A stretch of DNA of 64,000 bases from Nitrospirota bacterium (lineage in GTDB: Bacteria; Nitrospirota; Nitrospiria; Nitrospirales; Nitrospiraceae), in contig CAVPBK010000006.1 in NCBI GenBank assembly GCA_963701855.1, positions 704,001-768,000 of the forward strand, given 5' to 3'. Numbering within the stretch: the stretch's first letter is position 1; each line of letters starts with the position of its first letter. Below are positions 30,828 through 41,001 of this stretch, piece by piece. A program made the translations under genes and the position numbers. The notes beneath the pieces are model-generated. The model did not search any database. It had not been told where the DNA came from and worked only from the letters and a program-made list of their open reading frames with translations.

Positions 30828-31130
30828 CTATCGAAGTCGATTCATCACCAATGCCAAGCAACCTGCCAACAATCCTCCGCCGAAAATTGTGGTGCCAAAT
30901 GAGAGGTATGCGCCGGCCCCACTGCCGGGGGAGGCTCCGTCGAGCAGGTCTCGCACACCCCCCTGTACCATCAGCACGGAGAGAGTGAGCAATGCTCCAA
31001 TAGCAAACCACCATCTAAAGGATCTCACTGGTGTCCCCGAAACAGAATGCCTAGAGGCCTGGAAACCGCACTTGTCGGTCACTGTAGCCGAGGGTCGGTA
31101 GGTAGTCAAGAAGACTGCCCTTTGATTCAC
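30828..31130 (-). CDS. small two-TM membrane protein
   Basis: Two hydrophobic segments; GAGG upstream of the GTG. Confidence 0.45.
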   Translation of the reverse strand: MNQRAVFLTTYRPSATVTDKCGFQASRHSVSGTPVRSFRWWFAIGALLTLSVLMVQGGVRDLLDGASPGSGAGAYLSFGTTIFGGGLLAGCLALVMNRLR

Positions 31131-31158
31131 TCCGCCTCTCGACTGACGCCGACGGACC

Positions 31159-32397
31159 TCACGGGGAAGGCGCAGCGGGGATGGACACCGCTTTCAATCC
31201 TCGATGAAGAAAAACTGAAACGCTTCCATTGCCGTTGTCCGCCGTCACGAGTCCTGGCTCTTCAACCTCCTTCGTGGTGACGCGAAACGTCGCGAGGGCG
31301 AAGGGGCCTGATTTTGTCCGATAGTTTCTCGGCGGATATTCGAAGGTTCCATCGCCACGGCCGTAGAGAATGGAGAGATCGCTCGACTGAAGATTGACGA
31401 TAGCGACGTCTATGCGACTGTCGCCGTTGAAGTCTCGCGCAAGCCCGAAATTCGGCCCTGCATCAGCGCCGGAATCGTGCCCTGCCATGAAAGTCCCATT
31501 GCCTTTTCCAAGAAAAGTAGTGAAGCTATCCTGCACCCCGTTGATCACAAGTAGGTCGCGGATCCGGTCACGATTGAAGTCGGTAAAACTCACCCCAAGT
31601 GGACGCTTCCCAGTCCGATAGTCGGTGGGAGGGCGAAATGTGCCGTCGCCATTCCCCATCCAGATGGAAACAGCGTTCGACATCGGCCCCCCGTTCGTCA
31701 CAGCCATATCGATCTTCCCGTCGCCATCCAAGTCGGCCAACGCCACCGACGTGGGCGTATCGCCATATTCGTACTGCACCCCATGGGTGAATTCACCGGT
31801 GCCGGATCCCAGGAAGACTTTAATCTTGTCGTTCCGCAATGCGACAACGAGGTCAGGCACCTGGTCGCCGTTCAGATCGTCACTGGCGATGGCAATGGGA
31901 GTCCGATGGACGGGATAGCGCGGCCCCTCTTCAAATTTTCCGTCGGCCCGGCCGAAGAATACAGCTACTTCGTCGCCCCCGGAACAGGCCAAGACCACAT
32001 CGGGATACAGATCGCGGTTGAACATCCCTGGGGCAAGCGAACGAGGCTCTTTACAGACATTTAGTTGGACTTGATCATGAAAAGTGCCGTCACCGTTGCC
32101 TAGGAGAATCGAAAGAGTATTGCTGCCGATATTGGTTGTGATCAGATCGGTAAAACCATCTTGATTGACATCAGTGGGGGTGACAGTCGTCGGGTTCTTA
32201 CCGACTTTGTAACTGGCAAAATAGTAGAAGAGGTCTGGTGGGGCGTAGGGATCTTGCTTGGTACAGCCGCTTGCCATAAGCAGGAAGACACTTGTCGCCA
32301 CGACCACAAGGTTCCTGGCCCTATGCCTGTTGTGGCCTTCAGCGCTTATGCTCACGCACTCCTCCTCACGTGAGGGACCAGAGACGTGGTGATTCAT
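31159..32397 (-). CDS. FG-GAP/VCBS repeat beta-propeller lipoprotein
   Basis: Repeated DxNxDGxxD...LGNGDGTF units; ASGC lipobox; start approximate. Confidence 0.9.
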   Translation of the reverse strand: MNHHVSGPSREEECVSISAEGHNRHRARNLVVVATSVFLLMASGCTKQDPYAPPDLFYYFASYKVGKNPTTVTPTDVNQDGFTDLITTNIGSNTLSILLGNGDGTFHDQVQLNVCKEPRSLAPGMFNRDLYPDVVLACSGGDEVAVFFGRADGKFEEGPRYPVHRTPIAIASDDLNGDQVPDLVVALRNDKIKVFLGSGTGEFTHGVQYEYGDTPTSVALADLDGDGKIDMAVTNGGPMSNAVSIWMGNGDGTFRPPTDYRTGKRPLGVSFTDFNRDRIRDLLVINGVQDSFTTFLGKGNGTFMAGHDSGADAGPNFGLARDFNGDSRIDVAIVNLQSSDLSILYGRGDGTFEYPPRNYRTKSGPFALATFRVTTKEVEEPGLVTADNGNGSVSVFLHRGLKAVSIPAAPSP

Positions 32398-32603
32398 CCG
32401 TATGCGCACACGCCCCTCAACCAGGCCTTCCCGCCAAAATGAGCGTGGCCAGTATACAGACCACTGCTTTCTCCTGGCAATCGATCCAGTTGCGCAACAA
32501 TCCCCGCCAAACGCGGTTTCCCAAAATCTAAGCCCATTCAGCGAAGGCTTTGAAAACGGGACAGGGTTTGAGGTACACTGCCAGTCTTGGTAAGGAGGAC
32601 TCC

Positions 32604-32924
32604 ATGAGCAAGATGATGAAGATTGAGTTGTCGATGTACGGAATCGCCGAGATACTACATTGGTGTCACGACCGCAATAAAGGCCGCGTTCCCGGGGTGG
32701 ATACGGCAGGCTTCGATACAATGAAGGCGCTCTTGGCTGAGAAGCCGCAGTCAGGTGATTATTTTACCCTCGATCAGTTTTGGAAGAAGCGGGTAACCTT
32801 GGACCTGACCGAAGATGAAGTGGCAACGATTGATCGCTGTCTCTACGATATCCCAAATTTCGATAGCGAGCCTCTCCCGCAAATCCGGCATAAGTTTTGG
32901 CCGCAACAGACGGCTGCCCACTGA
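32604..32924 (+). CDS. hypothetical protein
   Basis: TAAGGAGG RBS then MSKMMKIELS; 106 aa. Confidence 0.75.
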   Translation: MSKMMKIELSMYGIAEILHWCHDRNKGRVPGVDTAGFDTMKALLAEKPQSGDYFTLDQFWKKRVTLDLTEDEVATIDRCLYDIPNFDSEPLPQIRHKFWPQQTAAH

Positions 32925-33078
32925 ACACAGGGGCCGCCCTCAAGTGGCCCCTGCTCTGCCTCATACCGACTCGTCCGGCCTGCTCTGGGCCTAGACAGGG
33001 TCGAGAGCAGCGTGAGGAACTCGTTGCGTTTTTGTGCAAGCTCGCAAGGAGAACTATCTGGCGGAATCAGCAGCCTTC

Positions 33079-33255
33079 CGACTACGGAAAAACTGTTTCG
33101 GCGCAACAAAACTTCGATGGTCCACACATCTGAGACAAGCTCGGTCTGGATGGTCCATCTGGTGTTTTGTTCATCTAGCTGGTCTTGTATAACCAAACAA
33201 ACGAGACAAACCAAATAACCGTCTTCTTCTGCTGTCGAACTGTTTCAGCATCCTG
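33079..33255. repeat. composite MITE/REP-like repeat with 9-bp periodic AACCARAYA units
   Basis: Right part homologous to the reverse complement of 60784-60840; left part homologous to 52827-52874; ends in TTTCAGCATCCTG followed by CTAG. Confidence 0.75.
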
Positions 33256-34266
33256 CTAGAGCGTCCCTTCTCCTTTAAGATAGCGGCGAAAGCGGTCCAT
33301 CAAGTCTGTGCCCAATGTCCCACCTTCCGGTTTCTTGAGATCCGGATCAGCAAAATGCCCGCGAATTTCCTGGAGGCGTTTTTCCGCCTGCTCATTTCCC
33401 TGCAACCGCTTAGTCTTCTCCAGCGCCGTATCGAACGCTTCAAACGTCAGCTCGTTGTACCCAAACGAGCGAATCCGTTTAACGGCTTTCATCATGGCCT
33501 GATTTCGGAAAGTCGTCAGGTGTTCCGAATCGATCTCTGCGAGCCCGAGCTTCCGCGCCCTGCGCTCAGCGGCCTTACGGATTCCGCTACGCACAAAATC
33601 TGGGGACGTTTGCAGCCGTTTCCATGCTTCATCGGTCCACACAACTCGTTCCTGGGGTGCATCCCACAATTGAAGCAGTGTCGACTCGTCGATCCGCGTC
33701 ACACCTCTCTCTCTCGCTAAATCTTCGGTGTCTCGCCTCAACATGTCGGTCACGAATTCTACGGCGATCGGCGGTGACTGTTTTAATTTCTCGTGAAGGT
33801 GGGCCAACGCCCCCTCGCTCCACTTCAACGGAGGGCCTGAGGCCTCGCGGAGATCGCCCAGTGCCTCCACCTTTTCGAAGAGTTCGACATTCACCTCGAG
33901 ATGGCCCCGCTCCCTGGCGATCTCTTCGGCAATCTGCTTGATCATGTGGCGCATGAATTCCGGAACTGTGTTCAGGCGTTCCTTGGCAGAGGCAGTCCAG
34001 GGGAGATGGCCTTGCGCTATTTGCTCCGCCGCATCGGCCATGCCGGATTCGCCCCCCATACCACCCATCATTTGATTCTTGAATTGATCCAGAAGGTCCC
34101 CCGTAATCTCCGCGCAGCCAAGTTCCCGAGCTTTTTTCTCAGCCAAACGGCGAACCATGCCGCGTAGAAATAGCGGTGCCCGCTCTAAACGTTTGGAGGC
34201 CTCGTCCGTCCAACGGACATCTATCCCGACCGCCTCGTGAGAGTCTGGTGCATTCATGATAAACAC
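33256..34266 (-). CDS. protein of four tandem PCP_red-like domains
   Basis: Four W[TS]xxA...L..xPxF[LMV]R...AE..AR..G...I repeats. Confidence 0.82.
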   Translation of the reverse strand: MFIMNAPDSHEAVGIDVRWTDEASKRLERAPLFLRGMVRRLAEKKARELGCAEITGDLLDQFKNQMMGGMGGESGMADAAEQIAQGHLPWTASAKERLNTVPEFMRHMIKQIAEEIARERGHLEVNVELFEKVEALGDLREASGPPLKWSEGALAHLHEKLKQSPPIAVEFVTDMLRRDTEDLARERGVTRIDESTLLQLWDAPQERVVWTDEAWKRLQTSPDFVRSGIRKAAERRARKLGLAEIDSEHLTTFRNQAMMKAVKRIRSFGYNELTFEAFDTALEKTKRLQGNEQAEKRLQEIRGHFADPDLKKPEGGTLGTDLMDRFRRYLKGEGTL

Positions 34267-34270
34267 CCTG

Positions 34271-34552
34271 TTATGACTGGTTCAGGAGTTCCTTCAATTC
34301 CTTGCCGGCTTTGAAAAACGGGACCTTCTTGGCAGGGACCTCCACGGTCGCGCCGGTCTTGGGGTTCCGCCCTTCTTTCATCCGACGTGCCCGCAGCCGA
34401 AAACTGCCGAATCCTCGGATCTCCGTCTTATCGCCATTTTTCAATGAATCGCGCACACAGTCGAAAATCGTATTGACGACGACTTCCGCCTGCCGCTTGG
34501 TCAAGGTTGTGACCTGTTCGGATACACGCTCGATAATTTGTGCCTTCGTCAT
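34271..34552 (-). CDS. ihfB: integration host factor subunit beta
   Basis: EIRGFGSF, GRNPKTG, FKAGKEL; rpsA-sppA-ihfB synteny. Confidence 0.9.
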   Translation of the reverse strand: MTKAQIIERVSEQVTTLTKRQAEVVVNTIFDCVRDSLKNGDKTEIRGFGSFRLRARRMKEGRNPKTGATVEVPAKKVPFFKAGKELKELLNQS

Positions 34553-34605
34553 ATTGGGCTCCCCTTTCGTGATGATGAATCGATCTCTGGGCCGATCTAA
34601 CCGTG

Positions 34606-35502
34606 CTAGTACGCCATGAGATACTTGAGTCCAACCCCGGAGTGGAAATCCAACTTGGGGAAGAGCCCCGATATTCGCGATTCAATCAATTCTCTGATCG
34701 AAAACCGTCGGCGAGGCTCAATGACTTTCGGCTCGCCCTCGATGCCTGCCACATCCGCGGCAAGCTGAATGGCAGCTTCGAGATCGCCGAGTTCATCTAC
34801 AAGCTTTGATGCTTTGGCTTGACGGCCCGTGAAGATTCGACCGTCCGCCAAGGCCTGCACAGCCGCCACGTCGAGCCCGCGCCCTTCCGCCACAGCCTCG
34901 ATAAATTGTTGATGGACATCGTCCATAACGGATTGGAGCAACGCCTGTTCTTCATCGCTCATCTTCCGTAGAGGCGATCCCACATCTTTAAATCGTCCAC
35001 TTTTGATCACGACACCTTCGACCCCGATCTTCTTGAGCAGCCCTTCGACATTAGCCATCTCCATGATGACCCCAATGCTCCCCGTCAACGTCCCTGAATT
35101 GGCCATGATCCGATCGGTCGCCACCGCAATATAGTAACCTCCTGATGCTGCCACCGTGCCCATCGAAGCAATCACCGTCTTGTTGCTCTTGTTACGAATC
35201 CGCTGGACCGCATCATGGATTTCTTGCGACGGCACAACCCCACCGCCAGGGCTGTCGATTCGCAGCACGATCGCTTTCACGGAGGGGTTGTCGGCAAAAC
35301 GCTTCAATTCGACGATCGTGGATTGCGCATCTACAATGACCCCTTCAATACGAATTAATCCAACCCGATCCTCCATCGAAAAGTCGAAGTCGGGGAAAAA
35401 CAGGTTCATCAGAAAGAGCAGACCCAGTCCGATGCCGAGCGCCCAGAGCGCTCGGCGCACTATTCCTCGCTTGGCCGGCCTTTCTGCTATTTCATCACTC
35501 AT
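34606..35502 (-). CDS. sppA: signal peptide peptidase SppA
   Basis: LRIDSPGG, AASGGYY, TGSIGV. Confidence 0.95.
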   Translation of the reverse strand: MSDEIAERPAKRGIVRRALWALGIGLGLLFLMNLFFPDFDFSMEDRVGLIRIEGVIVDAQSTIVELKRFADNPSVKAIVLRIDSPGGGVVPSQEIHDAVQRIRNKSNKTVIASMGTVAASGGYYIAVATDRIMANSGTLTGSIGVIMEMANVEGLLKKIGVEGVVIKSGRFKDVGSPLRKMSDEEQALLQSVMDDVHQQFIEAVAEGRGLDVAAVQALADGRIFTGRQAKASKLVDELGDLEAAIQLAADVAGIEGEPKVIEPRRRFSIRELIESRISGLFPKLDFHSGVGLKYLMAY

Positions 35503-35572
35503 CGTTCTGTTCGCTCACAGCACCGGAGGACACGAAGACCTCCCGATTCACACTGAAATCTGCGCATCAGAC

Positions 35573-37288
35573 CTACTTATCGTCCTCGGCTTGCTCTCGC
35601 TTCCGGTTCTGCTTCGCCGCACGGCCCAAGCTTTGGTCCAGTGCGCCTTGCGTGGCATGGTATTCATCGACCGTTCGGCGATCGGAATCCATTTGATGGT
35701 CGCGCAGACTGAGCGCGATCTTCCGTTCTTCACGATCGACCTTGATGATCTTAGCCGTCACTTCATCCTGCAGCTTGAATTTCTCTTCGAGCTTGGCCTG
35801 CGGGTCGAGCCCAGCCTCGCTGATGTGAATCAACCCTTCAACTCCTCCGTCCAATTCGACAAAGATGCCGAAGTCGGCGACCTTGCTGACCTTCCCGACC
35901 GCCACATCCCCGACTGCGTACCGGCTTGGAATCTCGTCGTCCCAGGGATCGCTCTTGAGCTGCTTATACCCGAGTGACAACCGCTCCTTTTCCTTGTCGA
36001 TCCGCAAGACCACGGCCTCGACCTTCTGTCCCTTCTTGAAAAGCTCAGAGGGATGCTTGATATGTTTCGTCCAAGACATATCAGAAATATGGATCAATCC
36101 ATCAATGCCCTCTTCGAGTCCAATGAACGCGCCAAAGTCGGTGAGACTCTTCACCTTCCCTTCGATGCGTGTGCCGATAGCGTACTTCCCTTCCACCATA
36201 TCCCAAGGGTTCGGCGCAGTCTGCTTCATGCCGAGCGAAATCTTCCTGCTGGCCGGATCCACATTCAACACCGCCGCTTCAACCTGATCCCCGATGGACA
36301 CGACGCGTGATGGATGCCGCACCTCGTGCGTCCATGACATCACGGAGACATGCACCAGTCCCTCGACGCCAGGCTCGAGCTCGATGAACGCCCCGTAGTC
36401 GGTCAAGCTCACGACACGGCCCCGGACGCGGGTACCGATCGCGTACTTACTAGCCACGCCGGACCAGGGATCGGCGCTTTTCTGTTTCAAGCCGAGTGAA
36501 ATGCGCCCAGTCTCTCGATCGTACTTGAGGACACTCACCTCCACCTTGTCTCCGATGTTGAACATTTCAGACGGATGGCCGACACGCCCCCAGGACATGT
36601 CCGTGATGTGGAGCAGCCCGTCGATGCCACCGAGATCGATGAATGCCCCGTAATCCGTGATGTTCTTCACTACACCTTGAATCAATTGCCCTTCTTTCAG
36701 TGTGGAAAGAGTCGTCTTCCGTTTCGAATCCCTCGTCTCTTCCAAGAGCACACGCCTGGATACAACAACGTTGCCGCGCCGATGATTGATCTTGATAATC
36801 TTGAGAGGAAATGTGCGTCCAACCAACCCGTCAAGATCCCGCACCGGATGAAGGTCGATCTGCGAGCCCGGCAGAAACGCTTTCACGCCGATATCGACCA
36901 TCATGCCGCCCTTGATCCGCGCCACAATCTTGCCGTCGATGCTTTTGCCGTCATTGAAGAGCTTTTCCAGCTCTTCCCAAATCTTCATCTTGTCGGCTTT
37001 TTCTTTGGAGAGAACCAGATTGCCGTCGTCGTCTTCGCACTCCTCGATGTAGACTTGAATCCGATCGCCCACCTTGATGTTCTGCAGTTCCTCTGTGGAG
37101 AACTGATCGTTCGGAATCATCCCTTCGGACTTGTAGCCGATATCCACAACCACTTTGTCTTTGGTCACAGCGACAATCCGGCCCTCCGTAATGGTGCCCT
37201 CTTCGAGGTTTTTGAATGTCTCCTCGTATAAGGCCGCTAAAGCCGTTCGGTCTAACTGTTGGTCACTTGATGGCGAAACCGTACTCAT
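35573..37288 (-). CDS. rpsA: 30S ribosomal protein S1
   Basis: Six S1 domains (DYGAFIDLGGIDGLLHITDMSW etc.). Confidence 0.98.
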   Translation of the reverse strand: MSTVSPSSDQQLDRTALAALYEETFKNLEEGTITEGRIVAVTKDKVVVDIGYKSEGMIPNDQFSTEELQNIKVGDRIQVYIEECEDDDGNLVLSKEKADKMKIWEELEKLFNDGKSIDGKIVARIKGGMMVDIGVKAFLPGSQIDLHPVRDLDGLVGRTFPLKIIKINHRRGNVVVSRRVLLEETRDSKRKTTLSTLKEGQLIQGVVKNITDYGAFIDLGGIDGLLHITDMSWGRVGHPSEMFNIGDKVEVSVLKYDRETGRISLGLKQKSADPWSGVASKYAIGTRVRGRVVSLTDYGAFIELEPGVEGLVHVSVMSWTHEVRHPSRVVSIGDQVEAAVLNVDPASRKISLGMKQTAPNPWDMVEGKYAIGTRIEGKVKSLTDFGAFIGLEEGIDGLIHISDMSWTKHIKHPSELFKKGQKVEAVVLRIDKEKERLSLGYKQLKSDPWDDEIPSRYAVGDVAVGKVSKVADFGIFVELDGGVEGLIHISEAGLDPQAKLEEKFKLQDEVTAKIIKVDREERKIALSLRDHQMDSDRRTVDEYHATQGALDQSLGRAAKQNRKREQAEDDK

Positions 37289-37344
37289 AGTATGAATCCT
37301 ACTCTTCCGACTGGAGTCGGGTGCTGATGGTTATACACCGACAT

Positions 37345-38001
37345 TCACTCAGCGTTGCGAATGCCGGCACTGGACTGCTGGGTCGGAGACTCCACTACAC
37401 CTAGTGCAGCGATATGATCCATCACGCTGCAGCTCACCTCCTGATAATATTGCTTGGCATCTCCGCTCTCCCCACTCCAGGGAAACGTGAGCGCCTCTCC
37501 ATAGTAAACGGTCACGGGACGGAAGCGCGGCCATATGGTTCCAGACGGCAACACGTCATGCGTCCCTTTCAAATAGACTGGCACTACGGGACAGCCGGTT
37601 TGTGCCACAATCACACCAATCCCTGGTTTGGGGGACTGCAGCCGGCCGTCCAAACTGCGGCGGCCCTCCGGAAAGATCACCACAACCTTTCCTTCCTTGA
37701 TCAGAGCAACAGCCTTACTAAATGCGTCCCGGTCCAACCGACCGATCCGCAAGGGGATCCATCCCAACCATTGACAGATCGCCTTAAGACCCGGAACCGG
37801 AAAGAGATCGCTGCGCCCCAAAAACCAAGCCCGTCGCCGCATCCCACACCCCAGGAGGGGAATATCCAGATAACTGGCATGGTTCGCCGCAACAATGAAT
37901 CCACCGGTCTGCGGAACTGCCCCAACGACCCGATAGTGAAAACAGAGCCGTCCAATGGTCCGGGCAAGAATCCACAGTATACCGTAGAAAACCGAACTCA
38001 C
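37345..38001 (-). CDS. plsC: 1-acyl-sn-glycerol-3-phosphate acyltransferase
   Basis: NHASYLD, FPEGRRS. Confidence 0.9.
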   Translation of the reverse strand: MSSVFYGILWILARTIGRLCFHYRVVGAVPQTGGFIVAANHASYLDIPLLGCGMRRRAWFLGRSDLFPVPGLKAICQWLGWIPLRIGRLDRDAFSKAVALIKEGKVVVIFPEGRRSLDGRLQSPKPGIGVIVAQTGCPVVPVYLKGTHDVLPSGTIWPRFRPVTVYYGEALTFPWSGESGDAKQYYQEVSCSVMDHIAALGVVESPTQQSSAGIRNAE

Positions 38002-38693
38002 AATTTGGCCGCAACCGCAGCCATCATCAGGTCCACCACCTCCGCGATGGACAACGTTGAGGTATCAATGAACTGGGCATCTTCAGCGGGTACCAGCGGG
38101 GCGATCGAACGAGAACGATCTCGCATATCGCGTCCTGCCAGGTCAGTTGTCGTCTCTTCAAGCACTCCTGAATGTCCCGCCGCAACAAGTTCACGATGTC
38201 GGCGTTGCGCCCTGACCGTCGAGTCTGCTTCGAGAAAAAATTTCACGTCTGCCGAAGGGAATACCTTCGTTCCCATATCCCGCCCCTCAGCCACCACCGC
38301 TCCACCTTGTCCGACTTGCCGTTGGATAGGCAGCAACCAGGCCCGGACTGCTGGAATTGCGGAGACCACCGAGGCCGCAGACGAAACTGTAGGCGTCCGG
38401 AGTTCGCCGCTCACGTCTTTGCCATTGACGATCACTCTCGCAGCCCCGTGATGGAATTGCATCTGAAGCGTGAGGGTGGGCAACAGCACGGTAACCGCCT
38501 CGGCATCTGCCGGATCCAGGCCAGACTCAATGACTGCCCAAGCCGTCGCACGATAGAGTGCTCCTGTGTCGAGATACAGATAGCCCAATCGAGAGGCCAA
38601 TAACTTCGCCACTGTGCTTTTGCCGACACCAGCTGGACCATCGATCGCAACAATCAGCCGGCTTGCTTGCTTTTCTTTCGCAACAGATCCCAC
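37998..38693 (-). CDS. cmk: cytidylate kinase
   Basis: AIDGPAGVGKST, DTGALYR, EGRDMGT. Confidence 0.96.
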   Translation of the reverse strand: MGSVAKEKQASRLIVAIDGPAGVGKSTVAKLLASRLGYLYLDTGALYRATAWAVIESGLDPADAEAVTVLLPTLTLQMQFHHGAARVIVNGKDVSGELRTPTVSSAASVVSAIPAVRAWLLPIQRQVGQGGAVVAEGRDMGTKVFPSADVKFFLEADSTVRAQRRHRELVAAGHSGVLEETTTDLAGRDMRDRSRSIAPLVPAEDAQFIDTSTLSIAEVVDLMMAAVAAKL

Positions 38694-38716
38694 GTCGTGG
38701 CCTCACGTAATAGCTG

Positions 38717-40039
38717 TCACCGGCGCTCGCCCAATAATTCCAAGAGTGTGCGATGAAAGTCCGGGAATGATGTCTCAATACAAGCCGACTCGTCAATCAC
38801 AGTTGGAGCCGGAGCGGTCAAGCCCGCGATGGCCAAAGACATCGCCACCCGATGATCTCCATGGCTGCGGCCATGGGCAGCCTGCAATCGACCGTTGTCT
38901 TCTGCTGTGCCAAGTCCCCGCACAACCATCCCGTCAGGCTTCTCAGTGATCTGAGCACCCATCGCGCGCAACTCTGCCGACACCGTCGCAATTCGATCGC
39001 TCTCTTTGACCCGCAATTCTTCGGCCCCGGAGATAATCGTCTCACCCTCTGCAACTGCAGCTGCGACGCATAGAACGGGAAATTCATCGATCGTCTGTGG
39101 GATTAAATCTGGTCCGATCGCCACTCCATGCAGCCTGGCCGACTTCACCCGGATATCCGCAACCGGCTCTCCCGCTTCTTCCCGCCGATTGAGCAATTGA
39201 ATATTTGCGCCCATCCTCATCATCACGTCCAACAAACCTATCCTCGTAGGGTTGATCCCTACTTGTCGAATTGTCACATCCGAACCAGGGACAATGGTCG
39301 CCCCCACAATGAAAAATGCAGCAGCCGAGAGGTCGCCAGGAACAACCAATCGAGACGCCGCATTCCACCCGACCGAGGGTCGTCCATCGATCAGCAGGGT
39401 GGTCCCTTCCCGTCGAAACGCAATATTAAAAAACAGGAATAACCGTTCCGTGTGGTCCCGTGAAAGACGCGGCTCTGTGATGCGGGTCGTCCCTTCAGCA
39501 AACAAGGCTGCGAGCAACAACGCCGACTTGATTTGCGCACTCGCCACCGGAGAGGTGTAGGTGATCGCGTGGAGGCGGCTACCCATCACGGCTAAGGGCG
39601 CAAGTTCACCGCCCTTGCGTCCGGCGATAGCCGCCCCCATTTCCCGCAACGGCTTGACGATCCGCCCCATGGGACGGCGACGAATCGATTCATCGCCGGT
39701 CAGTACCGTAAAAAAATCCTGTCCCGCCAGCAGGCCGGTCAGGAGACGAATACCCGTCCCGGAATTCCCGCAATCAATCGGTCCGCTCGGCTCGGTCAGC
39801 CCCCAAAGTCCCTTGCCATGCACACATAGCTCATCGACCGATTCATCGATGCGCACGCCGAGAGCCTTGAGCGCACGTACCGTATTCAGACAGTCTTCTC
39901 CCCGGCAATAGCTCGCAACCCTGCTGACCCCGTTCGCCAAGGCTGTCAGAATGATGGCGCGATGGGTGATCGACTTATCGCCAGGGACGGAAATCGTTCC
40001 CTGTAACGGACGGCCTGGTGTGATAGTCAAAGACGCCAT
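38717..40039 (-). CDS. aroA: 3-phosphoshikimate 1-carboxyvinyltransferase
   Basis: PGDKSITHR, GNSGT, SAQIKS, KESDR, DHRVAM. Confidence 0.97.
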   Translation of the reverse strand: MASLTITPGRPLQGTISVPGDKSITHRAIILTALANGVSRVASYCRGEDCLNTVRALKALGVRIDESVDELCVHGKGLWGLTEPSGPIDCGNSGTGIRLLTGLLAGQDFFTVLTGDESIRRRPMGRIVKPLREMGAAIAGRKGGELAPLAVMGSRLHAITYTSPVASAQIKSALLLAALFAEGTTRITEPRLSRDHTERLFLFFNIAFRREGTTLLIDGRPSVGWNAASRLVVPGDLSAAAFFIVGATIVPGSDVTIRQVGINPTRIGLLDVMMRMGANIQLLNRREEAGEPVADIRVKSARLHGVAIGPDLIPQTIDEFPVLCVAAAVAEGETIISGAEELRVKESDRIATVSAELRAMGAQITEKPDGMVVRGLGTAEDNGRLQAAHGRSHGDHRVAMSLAIAGLTAPAPTVIDESACIETSFPDFHRTLLELLGERR

Positions 40040-40046
40040 ACGTGTG

Positions 40047-40937
40047 CTACGTAGACACCGCTGATTGCGTGGAGAGCTTCTCTCGTTCCTGCCTTGCTCG
40101 TTCGAGTTCCTTCTCGATGCCTGCGGCATCGCCCACTCGAATGAGCTGCTTCAGTTGGCTCAGCGAACGCTCATAAGTCTCAATGAACGTGACCACATTG
40201 TCGCGGTTCCAGAGAAAAATATCGCGCCACATTTCAGATGAACTGGCCGCAATCCTGGTCGTATCCCGCAACCCGCCACCCGAGTGGCTTGCCAGATCGA
40301 GGGAGGGAATCTGTTGACTGCGTATCTCAGTGAGAGCATTCATCAAAGCAAAGGCTGCCACATGAGGCAAATGGCTCACCGCCCCAAGAATCTTGTCATG
40401 CAGATGGGCATCCATCGTGAGCACCACCGAACCGGTTTCTTCCCACATCGTTCGGATCTGCTCAAGTGACTGTAGGTCCGTCGTTTTTGTTGGAGTGATG
40501 ATGCAGCGCGCCCCCATAAAAAGCTGATCCGATCCGGCAGCCACACCAGTCTTTTCCTTGCCGGCGATGGGATGAGCCCCGACAAAATGAACACCGGCAG
40601 GCATGGCTCGTTCAGCCTGTTCCACCAGCAAACCCTTCACACTTCCGACATCGGTCACAATCGCGCCTTTTTTCAAGCAGGAGGCCCACTCCGTCAGATG
40701 CCGGTCATAGGTGTCGACGGGAGTGGCCAGCACGACCAAGTCGGCATCCCTCACTCCGTCTTTGGGATCCACAACATAGCGGTCAATCGCGCCCAGTTCG
40801 ACCGCAGTTTTCAAGTTTTCTACACGTCTCCCAACCCCGACGACCTTTGCCGCCAACCCCTTTCGGCGGAGAATCATGCCGAGCGAGCCGCCGATCAGCC
40901 CGACTCCAATAATCGTGACCTGGGTAAAATGCAGCAT
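40047..40937 (-). CDS. tyrA: prephenate/arogenate dehydrogenase
   Basis: GVGLIGGS, DVGSVK, HPIAG, SHLPH, RDTTRIA. Confidence 0.94.
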   Translation of the reverse strand: MLHFTQVTIIGVGLIGGSLGMILRRKGLAAKVVGVGRRVENLKTAVELGAIDRYVVDPKDGVRDADLVVLATPVDTYDRHLTEWASCLKKGAIVTDVGSVKGLLVEQAERAMPAGVHFVGAHPIAGKEKTGVAAGSDQLFMGARCIITPTKTTDLQSLEQIRTMWEETGSVVLTMDAHLHDKILGAVSHLPHVAAFALMNALTEIRSQQIPSLDLASHSGGGLRDTTRIAASSSEMWRDIFLWNRDNVVTFIETYERSLSQLKQLIRVGDAAGIEKELERARQEREKLSTQSAVST

Positions 40938-41001
40938 CAGTCCTCAATCTGAACCGAAACCGTGTCTAAACAATGAGTCCGTAAACGCATGATCTCTTTG
41001 A

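Noticed and set aside
33140..33220. Short periodic repeats here and at 60820-60917 as a CRISPR array
   Set aside because: The unit is about 9 bp and degenerate, with no unique spacers and no cas genes
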